This document shows, in pieces, positions 22,904 to 32,361 of a stretch of DNA of 64,000 bases. The DNA lies in contig CAVSMN010000012.1 in NCBI GenBank assembly GCA_963729045.1, positions 288,001 to 352,000 on the forward strand, in the 5' to 3' direction. A program made the position numbers and the translations under genes. The notes under the pieces were generated by a model. That model did no database searches. It was given only the letters and a program-made list of their open reading frames with translations, and was not told the DNA's origin. The stretch comes from an uncultured Nitrososphaeraceae archaeon (GTDB taxonomy: Archaea; Thermoproteota; Nitrososphaeria; Nitrososphaerales; Nitrososphaeraceae). Position 1 is the first letter of the stretch. Each line of letters opens with the position of its first letter.

Positions 22904-24055
22904 GTGTCATTTCAAAGGAAATTTTACTCGGGTTTTGCAACACCCAAGGGCACATCAAAGTATATGGATAACGCTTTAAAAAGGGGTGTAAGTAGATCTC
23001 ATTTCAAAAACATAGAAAATATGAAACTTTCATCCGTGGGAATGGGTACCTATCTCGGAAACCTCTCTGCACAAGACGATGCTGACCTTGAAAAGTCTCT
23101 TTATTATAGCATAAAAGAAGGTGGGATAAACTTGATTGATACGTCGATAAATTATCGTTCAATGCTATCTGAGAAATGTATAGGCCGAGCTATAAACAAC
23201 TTGATTGAAGAAGAAGTAATTGATAGGGAAAGTGTATTTATTTGTACTAAAAATGGATATGTAACTAATGATGGGGATTTGAGTAAGGTAGATATCGATA
23301 CATATTTACAACTAATGTTTCTAAATAATAATATTATATCTCGTTCCGACCTAAGTCCTTCGTACCATATCATGAATCCAAATTATATTTCTAGGTGCCT
23401 AGACAAGTCGTTATGTAATATGGGAATTAATACGATTGATTTGATTTACATTCATAATTCATTCGAAAGTTGGTATAACATAGTAGATAGGTCCACATAC
23501 CATGAAATGTTGTCTCGGGTTTTCCAGTTATATGAGGATTTCAGGCAAAAAGGCAAAATTAATTTTTATGGGATGGCTACTTGGAATTGCTTTACCTCAA
23601 AAGAAAACAGTAAGGGTTACCTATCTTTAAAAGAGGTTGTCAATATAGCCAAAGATGTTGGTGGGACTAACAACGGTTTCAAATTTATTCAATTACCCTT
23701 TAATATGTATCTTAACGAACCATACACATTTAGAAATCAACCTACAGAAACATCCAGCAAAGCAACTCTACTAGAATCTGCCCAAAAATATGGAATCCAT
23801 GTTTTTACTAGTGTACCACTCTACCAGGGAAAATTACTTCATTCAGAACTAAACAAATCGCCGTTAGACAATCTTCCTGCGATGTCTCTTAAATTATTAC
23901 AATTTGTCCGATCGACACCGGGAATTACCGCCCCTTTAATTGGACAAAAAAAACCTGAGCATACAAAAGAGAACACCTTGATTTCTAAATACCCCCCTTT
24001 AAATGAAGTCGAATTTAATACAGTGATGAGCATGTTGAAAAAATCTGATAAATAA
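22904..24055 (+). CDS. Aldo/keto reductase
   Basis: GMGTY, IDTSINY, ICTKNG, DLIYIHN, IQLPFN. Confidence 0.88.
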   Translation: MSFQRKFYSGFATPKGTSKYMDNALKRGVSRSHFKNIENMKLSSVGMGTYLGNLSAQDDADLEKSLYYSIKEGGINLIDTSINYRSMLSEKCIGRAINNLIEEEVIDRESVFICTKNGYVTNDGDLSKVDIDTYLQLMFLNNNIISRSDLSPSYHIMNPNYISRCLDKSLCNMGINTIDLIYIHNSFESWYNIVDRSTYHEMLSRVFQLYEDFRQKGKINFYGMATWNCFTSKENSKGYLSLKEVVNIAKDVGGTNNGFKFIQLPFNMYLNEPYTFRNQPTETSSKATLLESAQKYGIHVFTSVPLYQGKLLHSELNKSPLDNLPAMSLKLLQFVRSTPGITAPLIGQKKPEHTKENTLISKYPPLNEVEFNTVMSMLKKSDK

Positions 24056-24084
24056 ATTGACCAACCTTCAAATCGCATCACAGG

Positions 24085-25020
24085 ATGATTTTTAAATTAG
24101 ATATCTGGTTAAGGGCGATAAGGTTCAGATTTCTTGCTGCCTCAGCCATCGCCGTTACTTGTGGGCTAGCATTGACAATATGGTATCAACCCCAGAATCT
24201 TAGTCTATTTTATGCGATTCTAACATATATTGGCATTTTCTGCCTTCATTCTAGCGTTGATTTGCTAAATGACTATTGGGATTTTAAGAGAGGTATAGAC
24301 TTGAGAACAAAAAAAACAAAATTTAGCGGCGGGACGGGGGTTTTACCACAGGGTCTTCTAAAACCACGCCAGGTTTATCTCGCAGGCATATCCTTCCTAA
24401 TTTTAGGATTGATGATAGGTGGTATTTTTGTTTATTTTAAAGGATTTGTTATTGCCATCATACTATTATTCGCTGCTTTGTCGATAGTTCTCTATTCGAG
24501 TAAATTAGTAAATTGGGGGTTGGGGGAATTATTTGTAGGGGCTAAGGGAGCATTAATAGTGGTTGGGACCTTTTATGTTCAAAACTCAAGTATTACTTTA
24601 GAATCAGTTGTACTCGGGATCATAATTGGTATGTTATCATCATTGGTTCTATTCATAAATTCAATACCTGACATTGTTCCTGACAGGCAAATGGGACGGA
24701 AGACTCTGGCCATAATGATAGATAAAAGGAGCAATCGTTTCATTTTCATATTTGTCGTTGGAATAAATGTTGGAATATACCTCTTGACCATCGGGTTCTT
24801 TTCAACTTTGATAAATAGTTATTTTTCAATTATTCCTTGTATTTTGCTTATACCATACATAGGATTAATGCTGTACAGATTCAAAAATTTTCTCTACAAT
24901 TTTAAACGTCTTAATAATGACTATTACATAAGAATAATGGCGAATACCGTGTTCTTTTCCCGGTTTTTTGGGATTTCGCTAATTGTAGGCATTACCTTTG
25001 CGTTTTTATATCAGACATAG
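24085..25020 (+). CDS. menA: UbiA/MenA-family prenyltransferase (DHNA polyprenyltransferase-like)
   Basis: NDYWDFKRGID, NSIPDIVPD...GRKTL, and multiple TM helices. Confidence 0.75.
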   Translation: MIFKLDIWLRAIRFRFLAASAIAVTCGLALTIWYQPQNLSLFYAILTYIGIFCLHSSVDLLNDYWDFKRGIDLRTKKTKFSGGTGVLPQGLLKPRQVYLAGISFLILGLMIGGIFVYFKGFVIAIILLFAALSIVLYSSKLVNWGLGELFVGAKGALIVVGTFYVQNSSITLESVVLGIIIGMLSSLVLFINSIPDIVPDRQMGRKTLAIMIDKRSNRFIFIFVVGINVGIYLLTIGFFSTLINSYFSIIPCILLIPYIGLMLYRFKNFLYNFKRLNNDYYIRIMANTVFFSRFFGISLIVGITFAFLYQT

Positions 25021-25036
25021 GACAGACCAGAGTAAA

Positions 25037-25904
25037 TTGATAAAGATTTCGTGTTCTGACAGGGATAAATTCAAGTTCATATCCAATCTCATCAATTCGC
25101 TGGACGAATCTACAATTTTTAAGCAATTCTTTTATTTTGATAGTGTCAAATCAACTCAAGATTTCGCATGATGAATTACAAAGAGATGGTGGTGATTTTT
25201 ATCCATCAGTAATAATTAGCGATTTTCAGATTGGTGGTAAAGGGAGAAAGGGTCCGAATTGGGCGTCTCCCAAGGGTGGAATTTGGATGTCATTGGTACT
25301 AGAGACTGATTTAAAGACTCATGAGTTATTTCGTATACTAATGTTGGTTACCAGATCGCTTTGTCAGACTTTGGAAAATAATACCAAATTAATATCGATG
25401 GTAAAATGGCCCAATGACATTTTAATCAATGGTAAGAAGGTTGCAGGCATTTTGTTAGATGCGGAAGTCGAGAGTGAGAGTATAAGACAGGTAATCATTG
25501 GAATAGGCGTGAATTCCAACAATGATTTGGATTTTACCAAGCTTATGATCAAAGACAAGAATAGCGGAATTTATGATTATGACATTACAACCATTAAATA
25601 TGAGAATCAAAATATTGAAATTTCAAACCATGATTTTATCCAGTATTTCTTAAAAAGCATTGATGATGCATTTCAAGACTTAAAGTCAAGTGAATTCGTG
25701 GAGGAATTAACAACCTTTTACAAGCATAAAATAATGGAATCACAGAAGCATTTGAAATACAGGTTTTCGATTGGAGGTAACAAATTTAATGGAGAAATAA
25801 GAAAAATATACAATGATGGATCATTGCTTGTAAAGAACTTAGATTCCGACCACAACAATGATTTGATTAGAATTAATTCAGTTTATGATTTGAGTCAGCC
25901 GTGA
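25037..25904 (+). CDS. birA: Biotin-protein ligase, N-terminus frameshifted near 25170
   Basis: The upstream frame from TTG 25037 encodes FYFDSVKSTQDFA. Then Q.GGKGRKG..W.SP.GG, KWPND, KKVAGIL, GIGVN. Confidence 0.9.
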
Positions 25905-25949
25905 TCTGAGAATTTTGTAATGGATTTTGACTCTTTTGACTTTAACCTC

Positions 25950-26342
25950 TTATGATCCTATCATACCTGGCATCTTGATGGGGGATCTAAACGCTTTATC
26001 GATACTTATCCCTTCTCCTGTAAATACCGAAACAGTCTTTAGAAGAGCGCCCTGCGGAGGAGATAAAATAATGGTCTGACCTGGCTCAATCTTTAACAAA
26101 TTTTCAGTCAAATTCTTATTGTTATCATATACTATGTAAATGTCATTTAGAGCAAGCTTACCAGTATTTTTTAACACTACTCGAGAATTGACCAACAGAG
26201 ACTCTGGGTCCTTTAACGCATCTACGTCTAGAGAATAATCTTTAAACGGTATAGAAATCAAAACATTGTAAATAACGACTACTAAAACTACGACAATTAA
26301 TACAATCAGTATTAGTTCAACTTTATTGATTTTCAATACCAT
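25950..26342 (-). CDS. Membrane-anchored hypothetical protein (Ig/CARDB-like beta domain)
   Basis: N-terminal TM helix and LKNTG...I.PGQT pattern. Confidence 0.65.
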   Translation of the reverse strand: MVLKINKVELILIVLIVVVLVVVIYNVLISIPFKDYSLDVDALKDPESLLVNSRVVLKNTGKLALNDIYIVYDNNKNLTENLLKIEPGQTIILSPPQGALLKTVSVFTGEGISIDKAFRSPIKMPGMIGS

Positions 26343-26861
26343 AATTCTACCTGATATATTTTATAAAAAAGTATTCCTTTTTGGTTATTTATTATTCCTG
26401 CTAATAAAAGATCAATTTTTTCTGTGTTAAATTACCCATATATGTGCAAATTTGATATAACATGACAAATCGAAATTTATCGCATTAATCAATAGACTGG
26501 GCGTGCAAATTACTTACACATTCCAATTATGAAATTATAAAAAAATTTATCAAATTTTTTTACCATCATGATAGATTCTGAAAAAAGACTTTTCTTAATA
26601 TATCTCATGTGAGGTCCCCAATATTTTAAAGTTCTGTAGCCAATCCATATGAATGATTTATGAGCGGTAGGTCCCAGAGGACTAGATAAGATCGAATTGG
26701 GATCTACATATACATCCGGTACTTTTCACCTTCCTAAATTCCATAAGTTCCAAAGTCAAATGGAATTTTATCTGGGTGACTAAATAGTGTAAAATTGATA
26801 ACTTTAAATATGATTTACTTTTATTAGATAGTTACATCGACCAAACCGAAGGGGAACATGT

Positions 26862-26890
26862 TTAGTGCACCGATAATATCGGTGCACTAA
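26862..26890. repeat. Perfect 14-bp inverted repeat (possible terminator or operator)
   Basis: TTAGTGCACCGATA-A-TATCGGTGCACTAA, 15 nt past the stop of the minus-strand gene at 26906. Confidence 0.85.
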
Positions 26891-26905
26891 GCAATTATTT
26901 ACTTA

Positions 26906-27512
26906 TTATTTAGGTAGGAATTTAAATGAATGAATCATATCATTTGCCGTATTTTCAAAGGTATTATATTTATCCAAAGAAGCTTTGTAGGTGATAATAT
27001 AGATATTCTCATAATTGGAAACTACAATTTGCATTGCCTTGCGATTTTGTAATTTACTGTCCGTTGCTGTAAAAACTACTTTCACAGCCTTCTTTCCGTC
27101 CACAGTTAAGGTATCAGATGCTTCCAATTTGAAATCTTTATGTTCTTTTTGAATTTGAGATATAATCTCTTTTGATGCAGAATCGGCAGATATGTTCTTT
27201 CCTGGCGTGGGAACTACTTTAACCACAAGGCCAGCCGGACTACTAACTGAATCTTTATCCTTAGGGGCAATCAGAATTATTTCATTGTTTATCTTAACAG
27301 ACTTTTCCCAGTTAATGGGATAGTCAATTGTGAAATGAAATTTATTATCCGTATATGTTAGCATTGACTGACCTTGAGCTTCGTGAAAGAAACCCAAAAT
27401 TAAGAGATCCTTACCCGCTAACTGATTTATATGAAACAAGAAACACAAGAATAACCACAGAAATCAAAATATTTCCGATGGATTTTTGTAAATATCTGTG
27501 CGGTATCGTCAT
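26906..27512 (-). CDS. PsbP-related secreted protein; true start probably ATG 27512, with an indel in the signal region
   Basis: YTD..FHFTIDYP.NW, TVDGKKA and YIITY.A...Y......MIHSFKF are typical of PsbP/Mog1-like folds. Confidence 0.7.
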
Positions 27513-27589
27513 AATATCATACTTTTCAGGTAATTATTAAATATTCGAAAAATTATACGATTAGACTTTGCTGAAAAAGTGGCAAAAAT

Positions 27590-27898
27590 TTACTTTGATC
27601 TTGAAATCGATACCTCTATTGTAGAGACATTTCTAGGTTTATCATCTTCAGTGCCAGTTAGAACATCTGAACCTAACTTTACTTTTTCTACTCTATAACC
27701 CAACGTATTCATTCTTTTTACTATTATTTGAGCCACATCTACTGCCCTTGTGATGCTTTTCCCTCTTGCTTTTATGACGACAGTTGGCTCATTAGCTAGT
27801 TGGACCAGAGTTGCAGTTACATACGTCATTAGTGGTTTTTTCCCAATAAAAATTTCATTGCTTTTTCTATTTCCCGATTCGTATTTGCTATGAGACAT
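27590..27898 (-). CDS. albA: DNA/RNA-binding protein Alba
   Basis: IFIGKKPLMTYV, IKARGKSITRAVDVA, RNVSTIEV. Confidence 0.95.
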   Translation of the reverse strand: MSHSKYESGNRKSNEIFIGKKPLMTYVTATLVQLANEPTVVIKARGKSITRAVDVAQIIVKRMNTLGYRVEKVKLGSDVLTGTEDDKPRNVSTIEVSISRSK

Positions 27899-27934
27899 TA
27901 AATATCATGCAAAATTCAATAATATAATAGTATA

Positions 27935-28165
27935 TCACTTATCTAACTCTTCTAAAATTTCAATTATTTTATCAGGATTTAACATTGCCTTTTCTACTGT
28001 GCTCTTATCTGTAATTTCATAACAATTGATTAGTTCACTTTCGTCCTTATAGAATAGAAAAATTGAATTGTCATAAATAATCGGGTATAGCTTTTCTATG
28101 ATCATAGATTCAGGATTTATCTTTATCTTATTTTCAATATCAATTTCTACAGGATTTTTACTCAT
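27935..28165 (-). CDS. Hypothetical protein
   Basis: 76-aa ORF co-oriented between secE and albA. Confidence 0.65.
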   Translation of the reverse strand: MSKNPVEIDIENKIKINPESMIIEKLYPIIYDNSIFLFYKDESELINCYEITDKSTVEKAMLNPDKIIEILEELDK

Positions 28166-28246
28166 CTTCGTTCACAAAACAAACCATAACGATAAATCTA
28201 TTCTTCCAGCTTGCTATGGTATAAATTGATGTGAAAAATTCATGTA

Positions 28247-28423
28247 CTACTTATTTACGAATAGTAGTTCGCCGACTAACTTTATCATAAAACCAATTCC
28301 GCCTACAGCACCTATAGCCAATAATACCAATCTTAGATGGGTGAAATAATCGTCCTTGCTTGTTTTTTTTGCTAATTTAAGAGTTTGAAAAATCTCACCT
28401 ATTCTTTTTTGAACTTTATCCAG
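28247..28423 (-). CDS. secE: Protein translocase subunit SecE/Sec61-gamma (absent from ORF track; start uncertain, possibly CTG)
   Basis: Hand translation: ...KRIGEIFQTLKLAKKTSKDDYFTHLRLVLLAIGAVGGIGFMIKLVGELLFVNK*. This matches the archaeal SecE pattern (L.LAKKP...EY, then one TM ending G.IGF.I). Confidence 0.85.
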   Translation of the reverse strand: MDKVQKRIGEIFQTLKLAKKTSKDDYFTHLRLVLLAIGAVGGIGFMIKLVGELLFVNK

Positions 28424-28523
28424 TATTTTTTGTAAATGAGAACAATTGATTTCTAAGATTCTAGATATTTCATTATAATTTTAATATTTCTAATTTCAAA
28501 ACCCAATTTACCATAACTACTAC

Positions 28524-29000
28524 TCAACCAAAATTTTGATTGCTAGTCTGTATCGAATAAACCGGTTCCTTATCTGTTCGTTGCATCTCCACAAATGTCT
28601 CTGTAGCCTGAATACCTTCTATTTTCCCGATTCTCTCTATTACTACTTTGTGTAGCTCCTCCAAAGTTCTTGTATTTACCGATAATATTATGTCGAAACG
28701 ACCAGTAACTTCTATTAGTGACCTTATTTCTGGGATCTTAATAAGTTCATTATGGATAGGTTCTTTTAATTTTGGGTCACGATTTATGCCGACTGTTGCC
28801 TTAATATTGATACCCAACTGTGATTCATTTATTATAACCGTAAATTTTCTAATGAGTTCTCGTTTGGTAAGCCTTTTTATTCTGCTATATAAAACTGAGG
28901 AATTAATGTTTAATTTCTTACTCAGCTGGGGGATTGAAATACTTGCATCTTTTGTCAATTCTGACAAAATTTTCATATCTAAATCATCGAATCTTTGCAA
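28524..29000 (-). CDS. Lrp/AsnC family transcriptional regulator
   Basis: DDLDMKILSELTKDA HTH, RIKRL, and RAM domain VTGRFD. Confidence 0.93.
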   Translation of the reverse strand: MQRFDDLDMKILSELTKDASISIPQLSKKLNINSSVLYSRIKRLTKRELIRKFTVIINESQLGINIKATVGINRDPKLKEPIHNELIKIPEIRSLIEVTGRFDIILSVNTRTLEELHKVVIERIGKIEGIQATETFVEMQRTDKEPVYSIQTSNQNFG

Positions 29001-29147
29001 GATTGACTCTATCTTATAATTATTGGTTACATTAATAAATGTAATTAAATAATTTGCTTAAAATCATAAATATATTTAAAAAATCTAGTATTTTTTTTTA
29101 ATAGATTATTAGTAAATATTATATTATTAAATCTACAACTTTTCAAT

Positions 29148-29651
29148 ATGTTTGGAATGTCTAAACTACGCCCCGGTAATTTTGTTTTTGTAGTAAAAAG
29201 AGATGAAAATTCAAATTATGTGATAATAGGCAAGATTATTTCTGATAATGATAAAGTTTTCAAAGTTAGGGGTACCTTCTTAAAACCAGTTGGCCTGCTT
29301 GAAAGAATTAGGTCAGGGAGGGCTCAGGGAAAACCTATTGAAGCAATAAACAACCCAGAGCCTAACAATTGTATTTTCTTTATAATTGATAGGTTGGATA
29401 CTGGCGATTTCGAAGACATTATCGACCCAAAAATCGATAAGGTAATTCCAATAAATGAGAATAGATATTTTGTACTAGATGGTTGGATTAAAGAAAGCTT
29501 TTCGGAATTATTTAGTAATTACTTTAGTTCGACCTCAGATGAAGAGAAATCGGAGGCAAGGGCAATGTTGATAAAAAAAATGAATTCCTTAATGTCTCAG
29601 GAATTAAAGGAGCATGTTTATGCAGTGGCACGGAGTTCACGAATTTTATAA
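29148..29651 (+). CDS. Hypothetical protein
   Basis: 167-aa intact ORF upstream of rpl12. No motif recognised. Confidence 0.7.
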   Translation: MFGMSKLRPGNFVFVVKRDENSNYVIIGKIISDNDKVFKVRGTFLKPVGLLERIRSGRAQGKPIEAINNPEPNNCIFFIIDRLDTGDFEDIIDPKIDKVIPINENRYFVLDGWIKESFSELFSNYFSSTSDEEKSEARAMLIKKMNSLMSQELKEHVYAVARSSRIL

Positions 29652-29688
29652 AGTTTTATATTATGGACTTGTCAAATTTTCTTTTATC

Positions 29689-30000
29689 ATGGAATATGTA
29701 TATGCTGCTTTATTATTACATAAATTAAAGCAAGATGTCAATGAAGATAATGTAAAAAATGTAATTAAATCAACTGGTGTTGAACCCGATGATGTTAGAG
29801 TTAAATCATTGGTTGCTGCTTTAAGTGAAGTTAACATTGAGGATGCATTAAAGGCTGCTCCAATAGCCGCCGCTGCTCCAGCAAGTGCACAAGCTACCCC
29901 GGCCGCTTCAGGCTCAGGAGCCGCAGCAAAAGAGGACGAGAAGAAGGAAGAGAAGAAAGAAGAAGAAGCATTAGAAGGCTTATCTTCTCTTTTCGGCTAA
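29689..30000 (+). CDS. rpl12: 50S ribosomal protein L12 (P1)
   Basis: MEYVYAALLLH, Ala-rich hinge, EEEALEGLSSLFG. Confidence 0.97.
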   Translation: MEYVYAALLLHKLKQDVNEDNVKNVIKSTGVEPDDVRVKSLVAALSEVNIEDALKAAPIAAAAPASAQATPAASGSGAAAKEDEKKEEKKEEEALEGLSSLFG

Positions 30001-30225
30001 TCTTTATCCATTTTTTTATATTAGAATTATTATATTTATCAGATCATTTTACCAATTCTAGTTCGATATTTTAATCGTTAAAAGTTCCAGAGCAATATAG
30101 AGCCATATAGATCACTGATATCCTGATGGTAGCATACTAGGAAAATAACAGAAAACAGAGCGTAGATACAAAAATAGAATAGTAATTTTGAATTCGAATA
30201 AGGATTACTATTTAAAAAATAAGGA

Positions 30226-31128
30226 TCAATTATTGGAAGAAAACCCTTTGGAATCCAACTGGTGAGCCAGATTTGCAGCAATTGCGTTGGCCTTTAGAAT
30301 CACCAGTTCAATCGTGTCAGGCGAAGTATATCCAGATTCTGAAGCTAAGGACAATGCATGTTGTTTTGCTTTTAAGAGGATTAATGGCATTGATTCCTTT
30401 GTAAAGTAAACTGCCTCTACTGAAAGGGATAAAGCCTCTTGGAAGGATTTTATTAACTCCTGCACGTAATCTGAAACTACTATCTTTAGGTCCTTTTCCT
30501 TAAATTCGAGCCCTTCAGAAATTGCAAAATTAACTGAAACTCCTGCTTCGATTGGTTTTACATCCAACTTACTTAATAAAGCTGCTAACTTTTGCGGGAT
30601 AACATCACCTGCTTTAGCGACAATCGTGTCTTTAGAAACCCATATTGTCCCTTGATCTATCTTGGTAGGGACATTAGATTCTTTGAACTCTGACAAAACT
30701 GGACCTGGATTTATCCCTGTATTGCCAGCGGGAATGACAAGTTCATTAGGGGCAATATCGCCGCCTTTAGCTGCCATGAATATTTTGTTTTTATCAAAAG
30801 TTAAATTCATTTTAAATGGACTAAGGTTGGTAAACATCAATGCGCATTGGCCTTCTAGCTCCTTGTTGAGAAATTCCAACCCTTTAACATCCTTAAAAAT
30901 TTCTTCAAAAGCTCTTTGAGCAACCTTGTTTTTTATAGTTATTATCTTGATCTCGTTTCTGAATTTTTTCCTTATTGCCATGAGTTGAGCTGACCTTACT
31001 TTTGTCATCCTAGAGAGTGCAATTACATTATAAGATTTTGCTAGGTTTTGCAAATTTTGATATAAATTAACTTTCCTTTCTGGATAAGATGTTCTTCCTA
31101 ACTTATTGATGATAGCTGTTTGACTCAT
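30226..31128 (-). CDS. rpl10: 50S ribosomal protein L10 (P0)
   Basis: YPERKV, KNKVA, AKGGDIAP, IPAGNTGINPGP, LLSKLDVKP. Confidence 0.95.
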   Translation of the reverse strand: MSQTAIINKLGRTSYPERKVNLYQNLQNLAKSYNVIALSRMTKVRSAQLMAIRKKFRNEIKIITIKNKVAQRAFEEIFKDVKGLEFLNKELEGQCALMFTNLSPFKMNLTFDKNKIFMAAKGGDIAPNELVIPAGNTGINPGPVLSEFKESNVPTKIDQGTIWVSKDTIVAKAGDVIPQKLAALLSKLDVKPIEAGVSVNFAISEGLEFKEKDLKIVVSDYVQELIKSFQEALSLSVEAVYFTKESMPLILLKAKQHALSLASESGYTSPDTIELVILKANAIAANLAHQLDSKGFSSNN

Positions 31129-31146
31129 TACGATTATCCCTATCGC

Positions 31147-31800
31147 TTATTTTCCAAGGGTACTTGCTTTTAATGCTTTACCCATGGTAAATTTTATTAT
31201 AGCATTTCTAAAGTTCTTTTCTCCTTGAGGGAGTTTTTTTTCAACGGAAGCGATGACCGCACTGGCATTTGCTACCAGCTGCTCATCGGTCATTGACTCG
31301 TCTCCTATTTTTGTTGACATATTTAATTGATTTTTGGATCGTATTCGTGTTGATGATCTTAACCTTGATGCTATGTTTTCTATGGGTGCGCCGTAGGGAA
31401 CAGGAGTAGGCATTTTACCTTTTGGACCCAAAAACTGACCTAATGATCGACCAACAGATGACATCAAAGTTGCATCTGCAAGGAAAAAGTCATAAGAGCG
31501 AACAATTTTTCTGGCTTCCCTTCGATTTGTTCCAATCCTATCTAGAGTATCAGGTTCCATCACCTGATCGACACCTGCTTTCTTTGCTCTTAACCCCATG
31601 TCTCCTGTTGCGAGCATACAAAGTGAAGATCCCTTCTTAGTTGGATTAGGTAATACTACTATTTCGTTGACACTAAATCCTTTTTTGACATCAATGTCTT
31701 TTAATACTAAAGTTATTTCAGCCGATTGAGCAAAATTTCTTTTTGGAGTGGCCTCTCTTGCCTTTTTTACAAGCTCCTTTAATTGATCATTGTTAAACAT
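31147..31800 (-). CDS. rpl1: 50S ribosomal protein L1
   Basis: KRNFAQSAEI, LGQFLGPKGKMPTP, IGDE.M, KFTMGK. Likely start is ATG 31800. Confidence 0.95.
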   Translation of the reverse strand: MFNNDQLKELVKKAREATPKRNFAQSAEITLVLKDIDVKKGFSVNEIVVLPNPTKKGSSLCMLATGDMGLRAKKAGVDQVMEPDTLDRIGTNRREARKIVRSYDFFLADATLMSSVGRSLGQFLGPKGKMPTPVPYGAPIENIASRLRSSTRIRSKNQLNMSTKIGDESMTDEQLVANASAVIASVEKKLPQGEKNFRNAIIKFTMGKALKASTLGK

Positions 31801-32361
31801 GAATATATAATGTAGACGCGCAAAGGCCATTTAAAATCGTTTTTACGACAATTCAAATGTACGGTGACAGTCACTCGCCATCCTAACTGGATCCAGTATT
31901 TTTTCCCATTTTCTGGTCAGCCTCGTATTCCATAATCCCTATTGACTGCATCCCTTCATGCCAATTTTGCCAGATCATAATTCAGAGTCTTGTCATTAAT
32001 GAAATAGCAATCTACCAACCCGAGCTAATGACCATTCTATTATTTGCATCCATGTCTCATAAAACTGGGACTTTTATTCCTTAAAGTCAATTAAAAATAA
32101 CTTTTGTAGGATTCATAAAGGACTACAAAAATCCTTCGTGATAATCACATCCGAATGACATTGTATTCAGCAAATACGTCTATAATTTTTCCTTTTTTCA
32201 TTAAATTATTTGCCATAGGATGAATACCATTTCTCAATTCTAATTCTAAAGCGCCAAACATTCTCCATTCTATACTATCCGACCAGCATAGAGTCGTATC
32301 TTTGGATGTAATTACATGTAAACATAAAACAGAGAAGGACATCTTCAAATGATGTCAATTA

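Noticed and set aside
32145..32348. 67-aa ORF, and slightly GC-richer 31860-32060 as a possible RNA gene
   Set aside because: There is no recognisable protein motif, tRNA cloverleaf or stable stem set.
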